A DNA stretch of 23,961 nucleotides from Chlamydiales bacterium (lineage in GTDB: Bacteria; Chlamydiota; Chlamydiia; Chlamydiales; JBDQID01): the NCBI GenBank assembly GCA_047611865.1, contig JBLFWS010000035.1, forward strand, positions 1 to 23,961. Direction: 5' to 3'. Positions 1-7,911 of this stretch are shown one piece after another. The translations under genes and the position numbers were made by a program. How positions within the stretch are numbered: the first letter of the stretch is position 1; each line of letters opens with the position of its first letter. The notes beneath the pieces are model-generated. The model had not been told where the DNA came from, did not search any database, and worked only from the letters and a program-made list of their open reading frames with translations.

Positions 1-2
1 TC

Positions 3-302
3 TTTTGTGATAATGCTGGCTACTATCGCAATAAAGCAGTTACGGCGTACCTTGAAAACTCTAGGATAAAACTTCACTTTATCCCTCCTTACAGTCCAAA
101 TTTGAATCCAATTGAGAGGCTCTGGAAATGGATGAAGGAGACTGTCATTTACAACAATTATTATGAGGAGTTTGACGATTTTCGAACGGCAATTCATGGT
201 TTCTTTACGACTCTCAACGGTTTGGATCCAGGAAGTGAATTAGGGTTATCTTTTAGAAGCCGTATTCGAGACAAATTCAGGGCTATTGGAGCTCCGGTCT
301 AA
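3..302 (+). mobile_element. IS630-family transposase, C-terminal part (5' end outside window)
   Basis: Frame is open from base 3: FCDNAGYY...LHFIPPYSPNLNPIERLWKWMK, which carries the DNA and PxYSPxLNPIE motifs of IS630/Tc1 DDE transposases. Confidence 0.93.
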
Positions 303-317
303 ACGCTATCAAGCCGA

Positions 318-339
318 TTCTTCAATCACGATGGGTATA
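318..339 (+). mobile_element. Probable right terminal inverted repeat of the IS630 element plus TA target
   Basis: TTCAATCACGATGGGTATA ends in the GGTATA terminus typical of IS630 (TATACC... on the other strand), just after the transposase stop. The left end is not visible. Confidence 0.6.
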
Positions 340-364
340 AGCCCCTTGACTTAAAAGGCGCAAT

Positions 365-755
365 TAAAGAACAGGGCTACTTGGAGACAGAGCCACTACC
401 GTGGCTATTAGGAGTTATCCATAGCCGGCTTATTCATGGGATAATTTCATTTCTTTGTTGGATAGGGGGGTATAGGTGATTTTTTCTTAAGGCCACGGTA
501 GTGGTCTTCCCTCTTGATATCCCCGTGCTTTAGATCGGGGATAGGAAAAAAAGATTCTGTGCCACGGTAGTGGCACCTCTCCAATATAAGCAAAGAGCAA
601 AACGTTTATCAATTTTGATACCCTGCATTTTTAGAAGATCGGGCATGACTCAGTTACATAAGCACAAATTCCTTCGCTTCTCTTAAGTCATCCGAAATTT
701 TGGTCAGACAGCCTATAGGCTTAGGAAAAAGTGTTACCTTGAATTGAACCATGCC
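365..755 (-). mobile_element. Partial copy of non-autonomous element (MITE-like), inverted relative to 13750..14345
   Basis: Reverse complement aligns nearly end to end with 13750..14152 (scattered substitutions and one 13-bp indel). It ends in TGAACCATGCC (745..755), and homology stops just before the IS630 end. Confidence 0.9.
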
Positions 756-799
756 TGAATTTGTCAGCTATTAACCTGTGGTAATTATTTTGATTTTTT

Positions 800-885
800 A
801 ACGCAAAGGCGCAGAGTCGCGGCGACGCAGAGAGAAAATAAAAAATGTATCTTGGCGTCTCCTTTGTCTCTGTTGCCTTTGCGTT
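800..885. repeat. Imperfect inverted repeat of AACGCAAAGGCGCAGAG type
   Basis: AACGCAAAGGC (800..810) and GCCTTTGCGTT (875..885) are exact reverse complements, with degenerate GCAGAG/CTCTG sub-repeats between them. Confidence 0.6.
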
Positions 886-1039
886 TTTTTATCAGGATGG
901 AAGGATGAGCAGGATAAACATGACATTGAGAAAATATTTTTTCATCCGTCAATCCAGTTTATAATTTAGATATTGATTGGATCAGTGCGGCTGTTGCTTC
1001 GAAGTTTGGAGATAAGAGCTTTTGTTTTGGATTTGTCTC

Positions 1040-1069
1040 CAAAAAAAAACCTCCCCCTTGCGGGGGAGG
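1040..1069 (-). terminator. Rho-independent terminator (minus strand)
   Basis: Minus strand reads CCTCCCCC-GCAA-GGGGGAGG followed by a long T run. Confidence 0.85.
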
Positions 1070-1162
1070 AAAAGGAGGAAAAGAGGGAATTCTTCGACTT
1101 AAACTATAATTTTGGCTTCGATGGCTCTTTATAGTTTGTTTTTACTTTCTTCATTGTCGCTT
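1040..1162 (-). ncRNA. Candidate ~120-nt small RNA (contains a 16-codon ORF, MKKVKTNYKEPSKPKL)
   Basis: Extended -10 TGTTATAAT at 1177..1169 (minus), an internal stem AAACTATAA/TTATAGTTT, a CU-rich tract and the strong terminator at 1040..1069. Confidence 0.4.
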
Positions 1163-1292
1163 AAACTTATTATAACAATTCCTTTAATTAATTAAAAGTA
1201 CTTAATATAATCTTTAACAATAGTCCTTTTTAAGGCTTTATTTTGATTTTAGAAGTAAAAGCAGTGTGTTATTGAACAGTTTTGTAATTGTT

Positions 1293-1328
1293 TATACCGG
1301 AACCAATTCTTGAAGTCGATTCGGTATA
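1293..1328. repeat. 36-bp palindromic mini-repeat, copy 1
   Basis: TATACCGGAACCAATTCTTGAAGTCGATTCGGTATA; 33/36 identical to 4070..4105. Confidence 0.85.
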
Positions 1329-1357
1329 ACTAATGACCATGCGTAGGGAATAATATT

Positions 1358-3908
1358 TTAATTGCTTAGCTTGAGTTCAATAAATTCATTGAGCTTCTCT
1401 AAGCTGTCGAGATTGTGGGCCCGGAAGTCTTGAATAGAGCTTAGTCCCACCTCCATTATATCTTCGTGGCAGTATTCCCAATTTTGGAGCATTTCCGGTC
1501 CCCCAGCGATTTCTTCCAGAGCACTCCGTACATTTTCATAGAGTTTCCAAACAGAGGCGCTGTCCCAGGCATTCGTACCGTTCATGGCTAGGGCTTTTAG
1601 GGCACTTCCCTCACTATCTTCTTTTCGGACGGATGCGGGTTTGAGCCTTTGAAGCTCAAGAAGGATTCCTGTCAGACCATTCCCATTATCGAGTTTATAG
1701 GTTTGCTCTGCCAACTTAACCGACAACTTTCGGTGTTGCCAGCGGAGTCGTGCATAATTGGCGTGGAGAGGGCTATCGTCGGGTAATAACGTTCTGAGTT
1801 TTAGAGGGGCTTGAAGGTATTCTCGCCAGCTTCTTAAAACTGAGCGGAGTTGTAGGATCTGCTCTCTAATAGAGCTGGCCAGGTTTCGGATTTCAAGAAA
1901 ATGGTCATGATCTCTTTCATCCACATTTAATAAGGAGAGCTTATCTACTTGTTCCTGGGCCTTCATAATCTCTATATCCAAGGAGGAGTACTCTTGTTCC
2001 ATTTCGATCAGGGTATCTTCAATGTCATTCTGTTCGAATTCGAAAAGTTCCATAGATTCCTTGATTTTACTTTCAGGGAGGCAGTGAATCAAATTTCTTA
2101 CCCGACTTTGGTCCTGCAATGAAATAACAGTTTCTGAGATCTATCGTGTAGACATCTTTCTGGCAATTACATGTAGCTGTGTACTGTTCATTAGGCTGCA
2201 AAGGCCGAGAAGTTTTTCTTTGTTTTCTTCAAAAAGAAAGCCTACAGCAATTGTTAGTGGCGGAATCTCATCAAGAAAAAGCAGGAGGTTGTCATCGCTT
2301 ATGCTAAATTTGATGGCAAGCATCTCTCGTTGCGGCTCGCTCATGGCGTCAACAGCTGCATCTATATGCCAAAGGTTTAAGGCTTTAGAAAAAGATTCTA
2401 GCTGAATAACATCTTGAATTAAGGGGGTGATAGCTTCTACTTGAGCCTGATTTAAAGCAGGTACCATTCCCATAATGTGGTCGAAATTCATAGTGGGTAG
2501 CCTGCCTAAAAGACTGCTCCATAACATCTCGTCTCGAGAGTACGCCGCAAGTGCAAGGATATATGGGGAGAAATTATCGGTTCGCTCAAGGTAGTTGTTA
2601 ATGGATGCATAGTGTGGAGATAATAGATTCGTTCTAACTTTCTTGGGTAGGGTCCGGACGGCTGAGGAGACGTATTCGGAATTAATCAAAGGAAGCAGGT
2701 TCTTTAGAGATCCGACGCTTAAGTCTCTAAAAACTACTCGATATTGCTTTTCTTCAAGGAAATCCAAGAGTCGATAAACTCTTTGGGGGGCCATAGAGGC
2801 GACGTATTCTCTAAGATGTTCATCTTTTATATGATGGATAGCAAAAGAATATTTGTCCCCATTGAGGTCTTCTAAAGCTGAAACAACTTGTGCCTGTGAG
2901 GCTTGGCAGAGAAAAGCATGTAGACTATTGGAGGAAAAAAAACTCACATTAGCTGTGATCCACTTTTGCGCATCTTCATTGGTGTTTTCATATTCTAAGG
3001 CGACTCCGATGTGTGCCGGTGAGAGCTTGTCGAAATTCCGCTGTCTTTTCGATTTGGATAACTGAGAGATGAGATCTTCAGCTTCTTCTAGGATGGCTTC
3101 TTCTTGTCTAGCAGTAAGAGCATGCAGAAGTATGGGGATTTTGGAGTTATGTAGGCTATTACTGGCGAGAATAACTTGTTGATGACTCATCTCGGGAGTA
3201 GAGTATTTTAAGAGTCTATTGGAGAGATAGCCTACTAACTTATGGAAGGTTTTTCTAACCTCTCGCAGAGAAAAATCCTTAAGTTTGTGAATGAGGATGT
3301 CAAGTTCACGATGATGTCAAGTTCACGATGATGAATGTTTAAGAGGCTTTCTTTAAATTTAATGTGGGAAGAGTCGGATAGATCACAGATTTGCTTAGTG
3401 GCCATGCGAGGAAGAAAAGAGGGGAGGTCGTCTTCGGGTAGACAGAGAATTTGCTCCAAAGAAAATTGGCGAATTTGTTTGCTGGAAAAGCAAGCGGATT
3501 GGAGGGGGGAGAGGCTAGATAATTGTTTTTTGTTGAGATAAGAAATTTGCTCTAGAGTCAACCAGGCGACACGGTCCTGAGGGAATGCCAGGTTTAGGTC
3601 TTTAATTTTTTCAAAAGATTCTAAGTCAATAAGCTGTAGTTCTTGTCGGGTCATTATCGAAAAGGAGTTTTCAGTAGAGTGTGGTGGAGAAGAATCAGGA
3701 TGCTCATCTCTTGGTAAAATGCTTGTGATTGAGTGAATAGCATTATCTACAAGATTAAGTAGTGCCTGACCTGAAATTTGGGAAGAAGGGGTGGGATGGG
3801 GACTTGACGTGGAAACGGGGGGGCATAGGCTTCTAAATTATCAGGTGAAAATATTTCTGATTGAGATGAATTAACAGCTGTTACGGGTGATGTAGGGGGA
3901 AAAGACAT
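1358..3908 (-). pseudogene. Fragmented large effector-like gene (~844 aa reconstructed): Ser/Pro-rich N-terminus, helical L-x-P/S-x-Q repeats, C-terminal coiled coil
   Basis: ATG at 3908 with RBS GAGGAAGG. The four ORF-track fragments join into one frame after adding 1 base (plausibly in the G7 run 3817..3823), removing a 17-bp tandem duplication (3296..3329) and reading through a TAG (2141..2143). Confidence 0.8.
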
Positions 3909-4069
3909 AGGCCTTCCTCGATAAAATATTATGCTAGTGGCTGGTCTACAGGAATTAATAGACAGGAGCAAGGATTATTTTAAGATTTACAGTAGAGGAG
4001 GGGCTTGTAGCGTAATTCACTATGTCTCAGCGTCAGCATAACAACGGCATAGAAGGTTTGGGCAAGATC

Positions 4070-4105
4070 TATACCGAAACCAATTCTTGAGGTCGTTTCG
4101 GTATA
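4070..4105. repeat. 36-bp palindromic mini-repeat, copy 2
   Basis: TATACCGAAACCAATTCTTGAGGTCGTTTCGGTATA, with perfect 11-bp arms TATACCGAAAC/GTTTCGGTATA. Confidence 0.85.
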
Positions 4106-4112
4106 GCAGGCA

Positions 4113-5411
4113 CTATTTGTTGATACTATCAAAGACTTTTGCAAGATGAGCGATTTCTTTGAAAAGGACGTGGTATTTTTGTTGACTTAATTTTTTGATC
4201 TCATCACAGCATTCCAATAGGAATGAGATCCTTTCAATGATAGGTTCTTCTTCATTTGACATACGGATATTAGAAGCTTGCTTATCTAGTTCCAGAGCAA
4301 GGTGTGTAAGAGTAGACTTTGCAGCAAGTATCTGTTGCTGGTTCATCCACTCCACCGCATTGAGAATGTCTACCGTAAGGAGAGGGTGGGTCACGCCGGC
4401 AACGATTTGATATAGTTTCATTTTCCCATTGGCTATAGCAGTTGTGACACCCATCGGACGGTGTGCATAAGGACCGAGAAGAATTTTTCTTTGGCGGGGA
4501 TTGAGTTGAATGACTGCTGCAGCAAGTTGTTGAGGAGACAAAATTTTGAGTATTTGTATCAATAGGTCCTGCTTGGCCTCTTCTTGAGGTTTAGGATCTT
4601 CGACAATAGCTTTAACAAGAGTTTGTATTTGAGTTAATGCCATATTTGGAATTATCTTGTTCAATTTTTCAAAAGAGAGCTGGCTGGATATAAGCTTAGT
4701 TGTAGTTTCCTCACTTAGATGTTTTGTAATAAGTGCTAGTTGATCTAAATCCATATTTTGGATGACCTTCCAAATTTGTAATTCGGACAAAAGAGGAAGT
4801 AGCTTGCGCATAAGAAAGTTCGGAATAGCTTTAACAACCGCGGTGTGTTTCTCTTGATGATCTTTAAGGAGGATAAGCGCCATATGAAGTTTTTTTGCTG
4901 GTAAAAGGGCTGTATCTTCAGCGGGGGATTGGGCAACTTTACAAAGACTATCTAAAAGATTTTCTCGAAATAGTGGATTAGAAGACTGGTTAATCAAGGG
5001 TAAAATTTCTTCTAATTTTTGACTAGCCATTTCAGGAAGGACAGCCTTAATGTGTTCTTGATTTAATGGAATAAGAGTACCAGACTCTGTCATAAAAGTG
5101 ACTTCGGGAAGAGTTCTTTTATCCAGTAAAGAGATAGCTTCTTTCAAATACTTTAATGGGATTTCTGCAAGTATTTTTTTTCTAATGAACCAGTGAGAAA
5201 GTATATTTGGAACAAAGCTATTGATTGTTGATCGCAGCCTTTCTGAAAAAGGTCCAGTTTTTAAGGCTTCTTTGGAGATGATTTTATGGGGGGTTGTTAA
5301 AAGGGCTTTTTTCCCAATATTGATATGATCTAATTCAATTTTAGTTACTTCGCACTCTTCTGTTGCCTGTGACAGCTTTCTTTTTTCAGGCTCGTTAAAC
5401 CCGTCTACCAT
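4113..5411 (-). CDS. Hypothetical alpha-helical repeat protein (MgtE-N/FliG-like repeats), candidate T3SS effector
   Basis: 432-aa intact ORF with RBS-like GGGGAAG and repeated units such as LLPLLSELQI, IIPNMALTQI, LKILSPQQL and QLNPRQR. It is divergent from slc1. Confidence 0.7.
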   Translation of the reverse strand: MVDGFNEPEKRKLSQATEECEVTKIELDHINIGKKALLTTPHKIISKEALKTGPFSERLRSTINSFVPNILSHWFIRKKILAEIPLKYLKEAISLLDKRTLPEVTFMTESGTLIPLNQEHIKAVLPEMASQKLEEILPLINQSSNPLFRENLLDSLCKVAQSPAEDTALLPAKKLHMALILLKDHQEKHTAVVKAIPNFLMRKLLPLLSELQIWKVIQNMDLDQLALITKHLSEETTTKLISSQLSFEKLNKIIPNMALTQIQTLVKAIVEDPKPQEEAKQDLLIQILKILSPQQLAAAVIQLNPRQRKILLGPYAHRPMGVTTAIANGKMKLYQIVAGVTHPLLTVDILNAVEWMNQQQILAAKSTLTHLALELDKQASNIRMSNEEEPIIERISFLLECCDEIKKLSQQKYHVLFKEIAHLAKVFDSINK

Positions 5412-5705
5412 ACTGCTTCCCCAAGTCCCTGAAATTTACTTCCCTACCTACGTAGAATCATAGCTAAATACAACCTACTTGTCAAGCAAATCATTTAATA
5501 ATGAGCGGGGTGATTTTAGGATTCTTATTTTTGAATGTAGATACATACAGGGAGAGATAGTGCTGTTGATTTTGCTGAAAAACGTTTACAATTAAACTGG
5601 CGGTATAGCATGCTTGAAGATAAATTGAGGTTATCAAAAAGATAAAAGACATATGATAGTGCAGCCCAAGGGCCTACGCGCTTGAAAACCTTTAGGAGGA
5701 ATTAA

Positions 5706-6212
5706 ATGTCCATTGAAAATGCTCAGGAAAACCTGCAGGAATTCGGAAAAGAACTAGGACTTGAAGGGTTGGAGTTTGACGAAAACAACACCTGTATTCT
5801 CGGTATCGATGATGAGTTTTCCATGCACCTTACTTACGAACCGAATTCAGATAGATTGTATATTTACTCCCCACTTCTTGATGGGCTTCCAAAAGAGAAA
5901 AAGTTAAAGCTTAAGCTTTACGAAAAGCTTCTTGAAGGGTCCATGCTTGGTGGACAAATGGCTGGCGGCGGCGTCGGAGTCGCTGTAAATGAAGAGCTTA
6001 TCCTTATGCACTGCACAATTGATATGTCACATGCTGCTACAGCTGCACTCCGAGCATTCGCTCCTCTTTACGTTGAAACTGTAGAGAAATGGCGCGCAAT
6101 TTGTACTGATATTTCTGAAGGTCGTGAGCCAAATGTTGAAGAGCCTAAGAGCGCTTCAGGAACACCATCTGCTGATATTTCAAAAGGTGGCGAAGGCTTC
6201 ATCAAGATCTAG
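5706..6212 (+). CDS. slc1: Type III secretion chaperone, CesT/SycE family (Slc1/CT043 ortholog)
   Basis: AQENLQEFGKELGL...FDENNTCILGIDDEFSMHLTYEPNSDRLYIYSPLLDGLP...LLEGSMLGGQMAGGGVGVA...FAPLYVETVEKWR matches the conserved chlamydial CT043 family as recalled. RBS AGGAGG. Confidence 0.9.
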   Translation: MSIENAQENLQEFGKELGLEGLEFDENNTCILGIDDEFSMHLTYEPNSDRLYIYSPLLDGLPKEKKLKLKLYEKLLEGSMLGGQMAGGGVGVAVNEELILMHCTIDMSHAATAALRAFAPLYVETVEKWRAICTDISEGREPNVEEPKSASGTPSADISKGGEGFIKI

Positions 6213-6229
6213 TGATATTATCTTGTTTT

Positions 6230-6263
6230 GCGCGAGCTGCATAGCTCGCGCGAAGATTTTTTT
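6230..6263 (+). terminator. Rho-independent terminator after slc1
   Basis: GCGCGAGCT-GCAT-AGCTCGCGC stem followed by GAAGA and T7. Confidence 0.75.
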
Positions 6264-6463
6264 CTTACTGCTCAACTTATCTTGAGCTACGACCTGTTTA
6301 TTTCCTTTTATTTTTATTTTTTAGATTCTACTACTTCAGATTCACACGATCGTTTGTGTCTATTTTTTCGCCAACGTTACTTGGGGAATTTACAAAATTC
6401 GATAAAACTTTGAAAGTCTGAAAGCTAAAGAAACCTGCAAAACCATAGGATTAAAATTTTAAG

Positions 6464-6492
6464 TTGACGGAGAGTCATCTCTGTGAGACTAT
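6464..6492 (+). promoter_or_regulatory. Possible sigma66/70 promoter for the flagellin-like operon
   Basis: TTGACG-N17-GACTAT with a TG extension; the -10 is weak. Confidence 0.35.
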
Positions 6493-6525
6493 GCGGCAAG
6501 AGGTCGAATTAACCAAGAGAGTGTC

Positions 6526-7911
6526 ATGACATCAAGAATTAATGCAGACACAGCCAGGTTGTTCAATCAGTATAAATCGACAGTTATTAAAATTCAAAAA
6601 ACTGTGGAACAGTTATCTACTGGTCGACGAATTGTAGACGCTGGTGATGGAGTTTCAAGTTTTGAAAGATCCGAAAAGCTAAGCATTGACAGGGCTTCGG
6701 GATTAGTTAAGATGCAGGCAATACAATCACGTCTTAGTTGGTATGGCTCAAGCAATACCTACTTGACTGAGATACGTGAAAGCGTTACCAAGATGTCAGA
6801 GCTAAGCATGCATGCGCTTAGTGGGGCGACATCTGTTGAAGATCTAAATATTCTTGATGGTGAATTCCAGTCACTGAAAGCTAGGATAGCACAGGTTGTT
6901 GATGGAGAGGGAGGGGAGAGGCTTCCTCATGGAACCTTTGGCGATGTTCCTTTCTTTTTGGGCTTTTCTCCAGGTGTAGTTTTAAACACCTTACAGGAGG
7001 GGGACGGACTGACTGATAAAGCTGTTAACATGTATACCGGTTTTAATCATGAAGGTTTTCCCACCCTGCCATTTCTGACCTCTAGTGATTTGGACACCAC
7101 GGGCATCCCCAAAACAACACCAAAATATACCGGAACAGCATCAGCTGGTAGTACCACGACGATCACTTTGCCAGAAACGGCATCTTCTATTGACGATGTC
7201 TATCAGAATCTAGTGATAAGTATTACTGGGGGGGCGGGAAGCGGACAAACAGCGACAATTGCAAGTTATGATGGAGTGACTCGGGTGGCTACTTTAACAG
7301 CTGCAGTGGGCACAGCTTTGGATAATACGTCTCAGTTCAGTATAGATTCTAATCTTCCCAACTATACTCTAATGGACATTGGTGGCCTGAAAAGTGTTCG
7401 TTTTGCAAGCCATGTTTGGGGTGCTGACAATAATCGTATGGATCACCTGGATTCCAGCACACCGACTTTTAAGGCACAGACTGCTATAGAGAGGGAATTT
7501 CGTACAGCAAATGGTATTGCCGATACTGATCTTGACCCCAGGACACATGAAGAGAAGATTGCTCGTAGAAAATTGAATATTTTTGATCCAGAGTTTGGAA
7601 ATGTTAAATCGAAAGAAAATGCCAAGCGCATGTTTGAGCAGCTGGGTAATGCGATTGATCAGATAAGTATATTTATCACTAGAGAAGACTCCAAAGCAGA
7701 GTCTCTGAATCAGCAGTATGACTTTTTTGTGGAGATCCGAGGTAGGCAGGATGTGGCGATACAAAACTTTAGTGGGGTGGATTTTCCGAAGGCAGCAGCT
7801 ACTATGGAGCAGTTGAAGGTGGCTCACGGAATGATTTTCGAGTTAGCTTCAAGGCTTAGTGAAAATGCTGGCCTTATTAATGACTTAGTGTCGAATAAAG
7901 GGAAGCGTTAA
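6526..7911 (+). CDS. Divergent flagellin-family protein with central inserted beta-rich domain
   Basis: N-terminal RIN...VEQLSTGRRIVDAGD...LTEIRESVTKMSELS...EFQSLKARI parallels Flagellin_N (ERLSSGLRINSAKDD...LQRVRELA). C-terminal AIDQIS...FSGVDFPKAAATM...INDL parallels Flagellin_C (RIEDADYATEVSNM...VLSLL). Confidence 0.82.
   Translation: MTSRINADTARLFNQYKSTVIKIQKTVEQLSTGRRIVDAGDGVSSFERSEKLSIDRASGLVKMQAIQSRLSWYGSSNTYLTEIRESVTKMSELSMHALSGATSVEDLNILDGEFQSLKARIAQVVDGEGGERLPHGTFGDVPFFLGFSPGVVLNTLQEGDGLTDKAVNMYTGFNHEGFPTLPFLTSSDLDTTGIPKTTPKYTGTASAGSTTTITLPETASSIDDVYQNLVISITGGAGSGQTATIASYDGVTRVATLTAAVGTALDNTSQFSIDSNLPNYTLMDIGGLKSVRFASHVWGADNNRMDHLDSSTPTFKAQTAIEREFRTANGIADTDLDPRTHEEKIARRKLNIFDPEFGNVKSKENAKRMFEQLGNAIDQISIFITREDSKAESLNQQYDFFVEIRGRQDVAIQNFSGVDFPKAAATMEQLKVAHGMIFELASRLSENAGLINDLVSNKGKR

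Noticed and set aside
2141..2143. Stop-codon recoding to explain in-frame stops (TAG here, TAA at 21806)
   Set aside because: TAG and TAA end intact genes normally in this window, and both genes also carry frameshifts.
6228..6413. 61-aa ORF after slc1
   Set aside because: It starts inside the terminator, has a TTG start and no RBS.
6396..6510. Possible c-di-GMP-I riboswitch upstream of the flagellin (AATTCGA/TCGAATT closing stem, GCAAAACCATAGG, CTATG)
   Set aside because: It lacks the GGCAAA/GACGCAAA core and a clean GNRA P2 stem, and a possible promoter lies inside it. An Infernal search against the c-di-GMP-I model would settle it.
7369..7827. 152-aa antisense ORF, and other antisense or alternate-frame ORFs within sdaA, pfp, pepA, ssb and the HD gene
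   Set aside because: These are shadows of well-supported genes.
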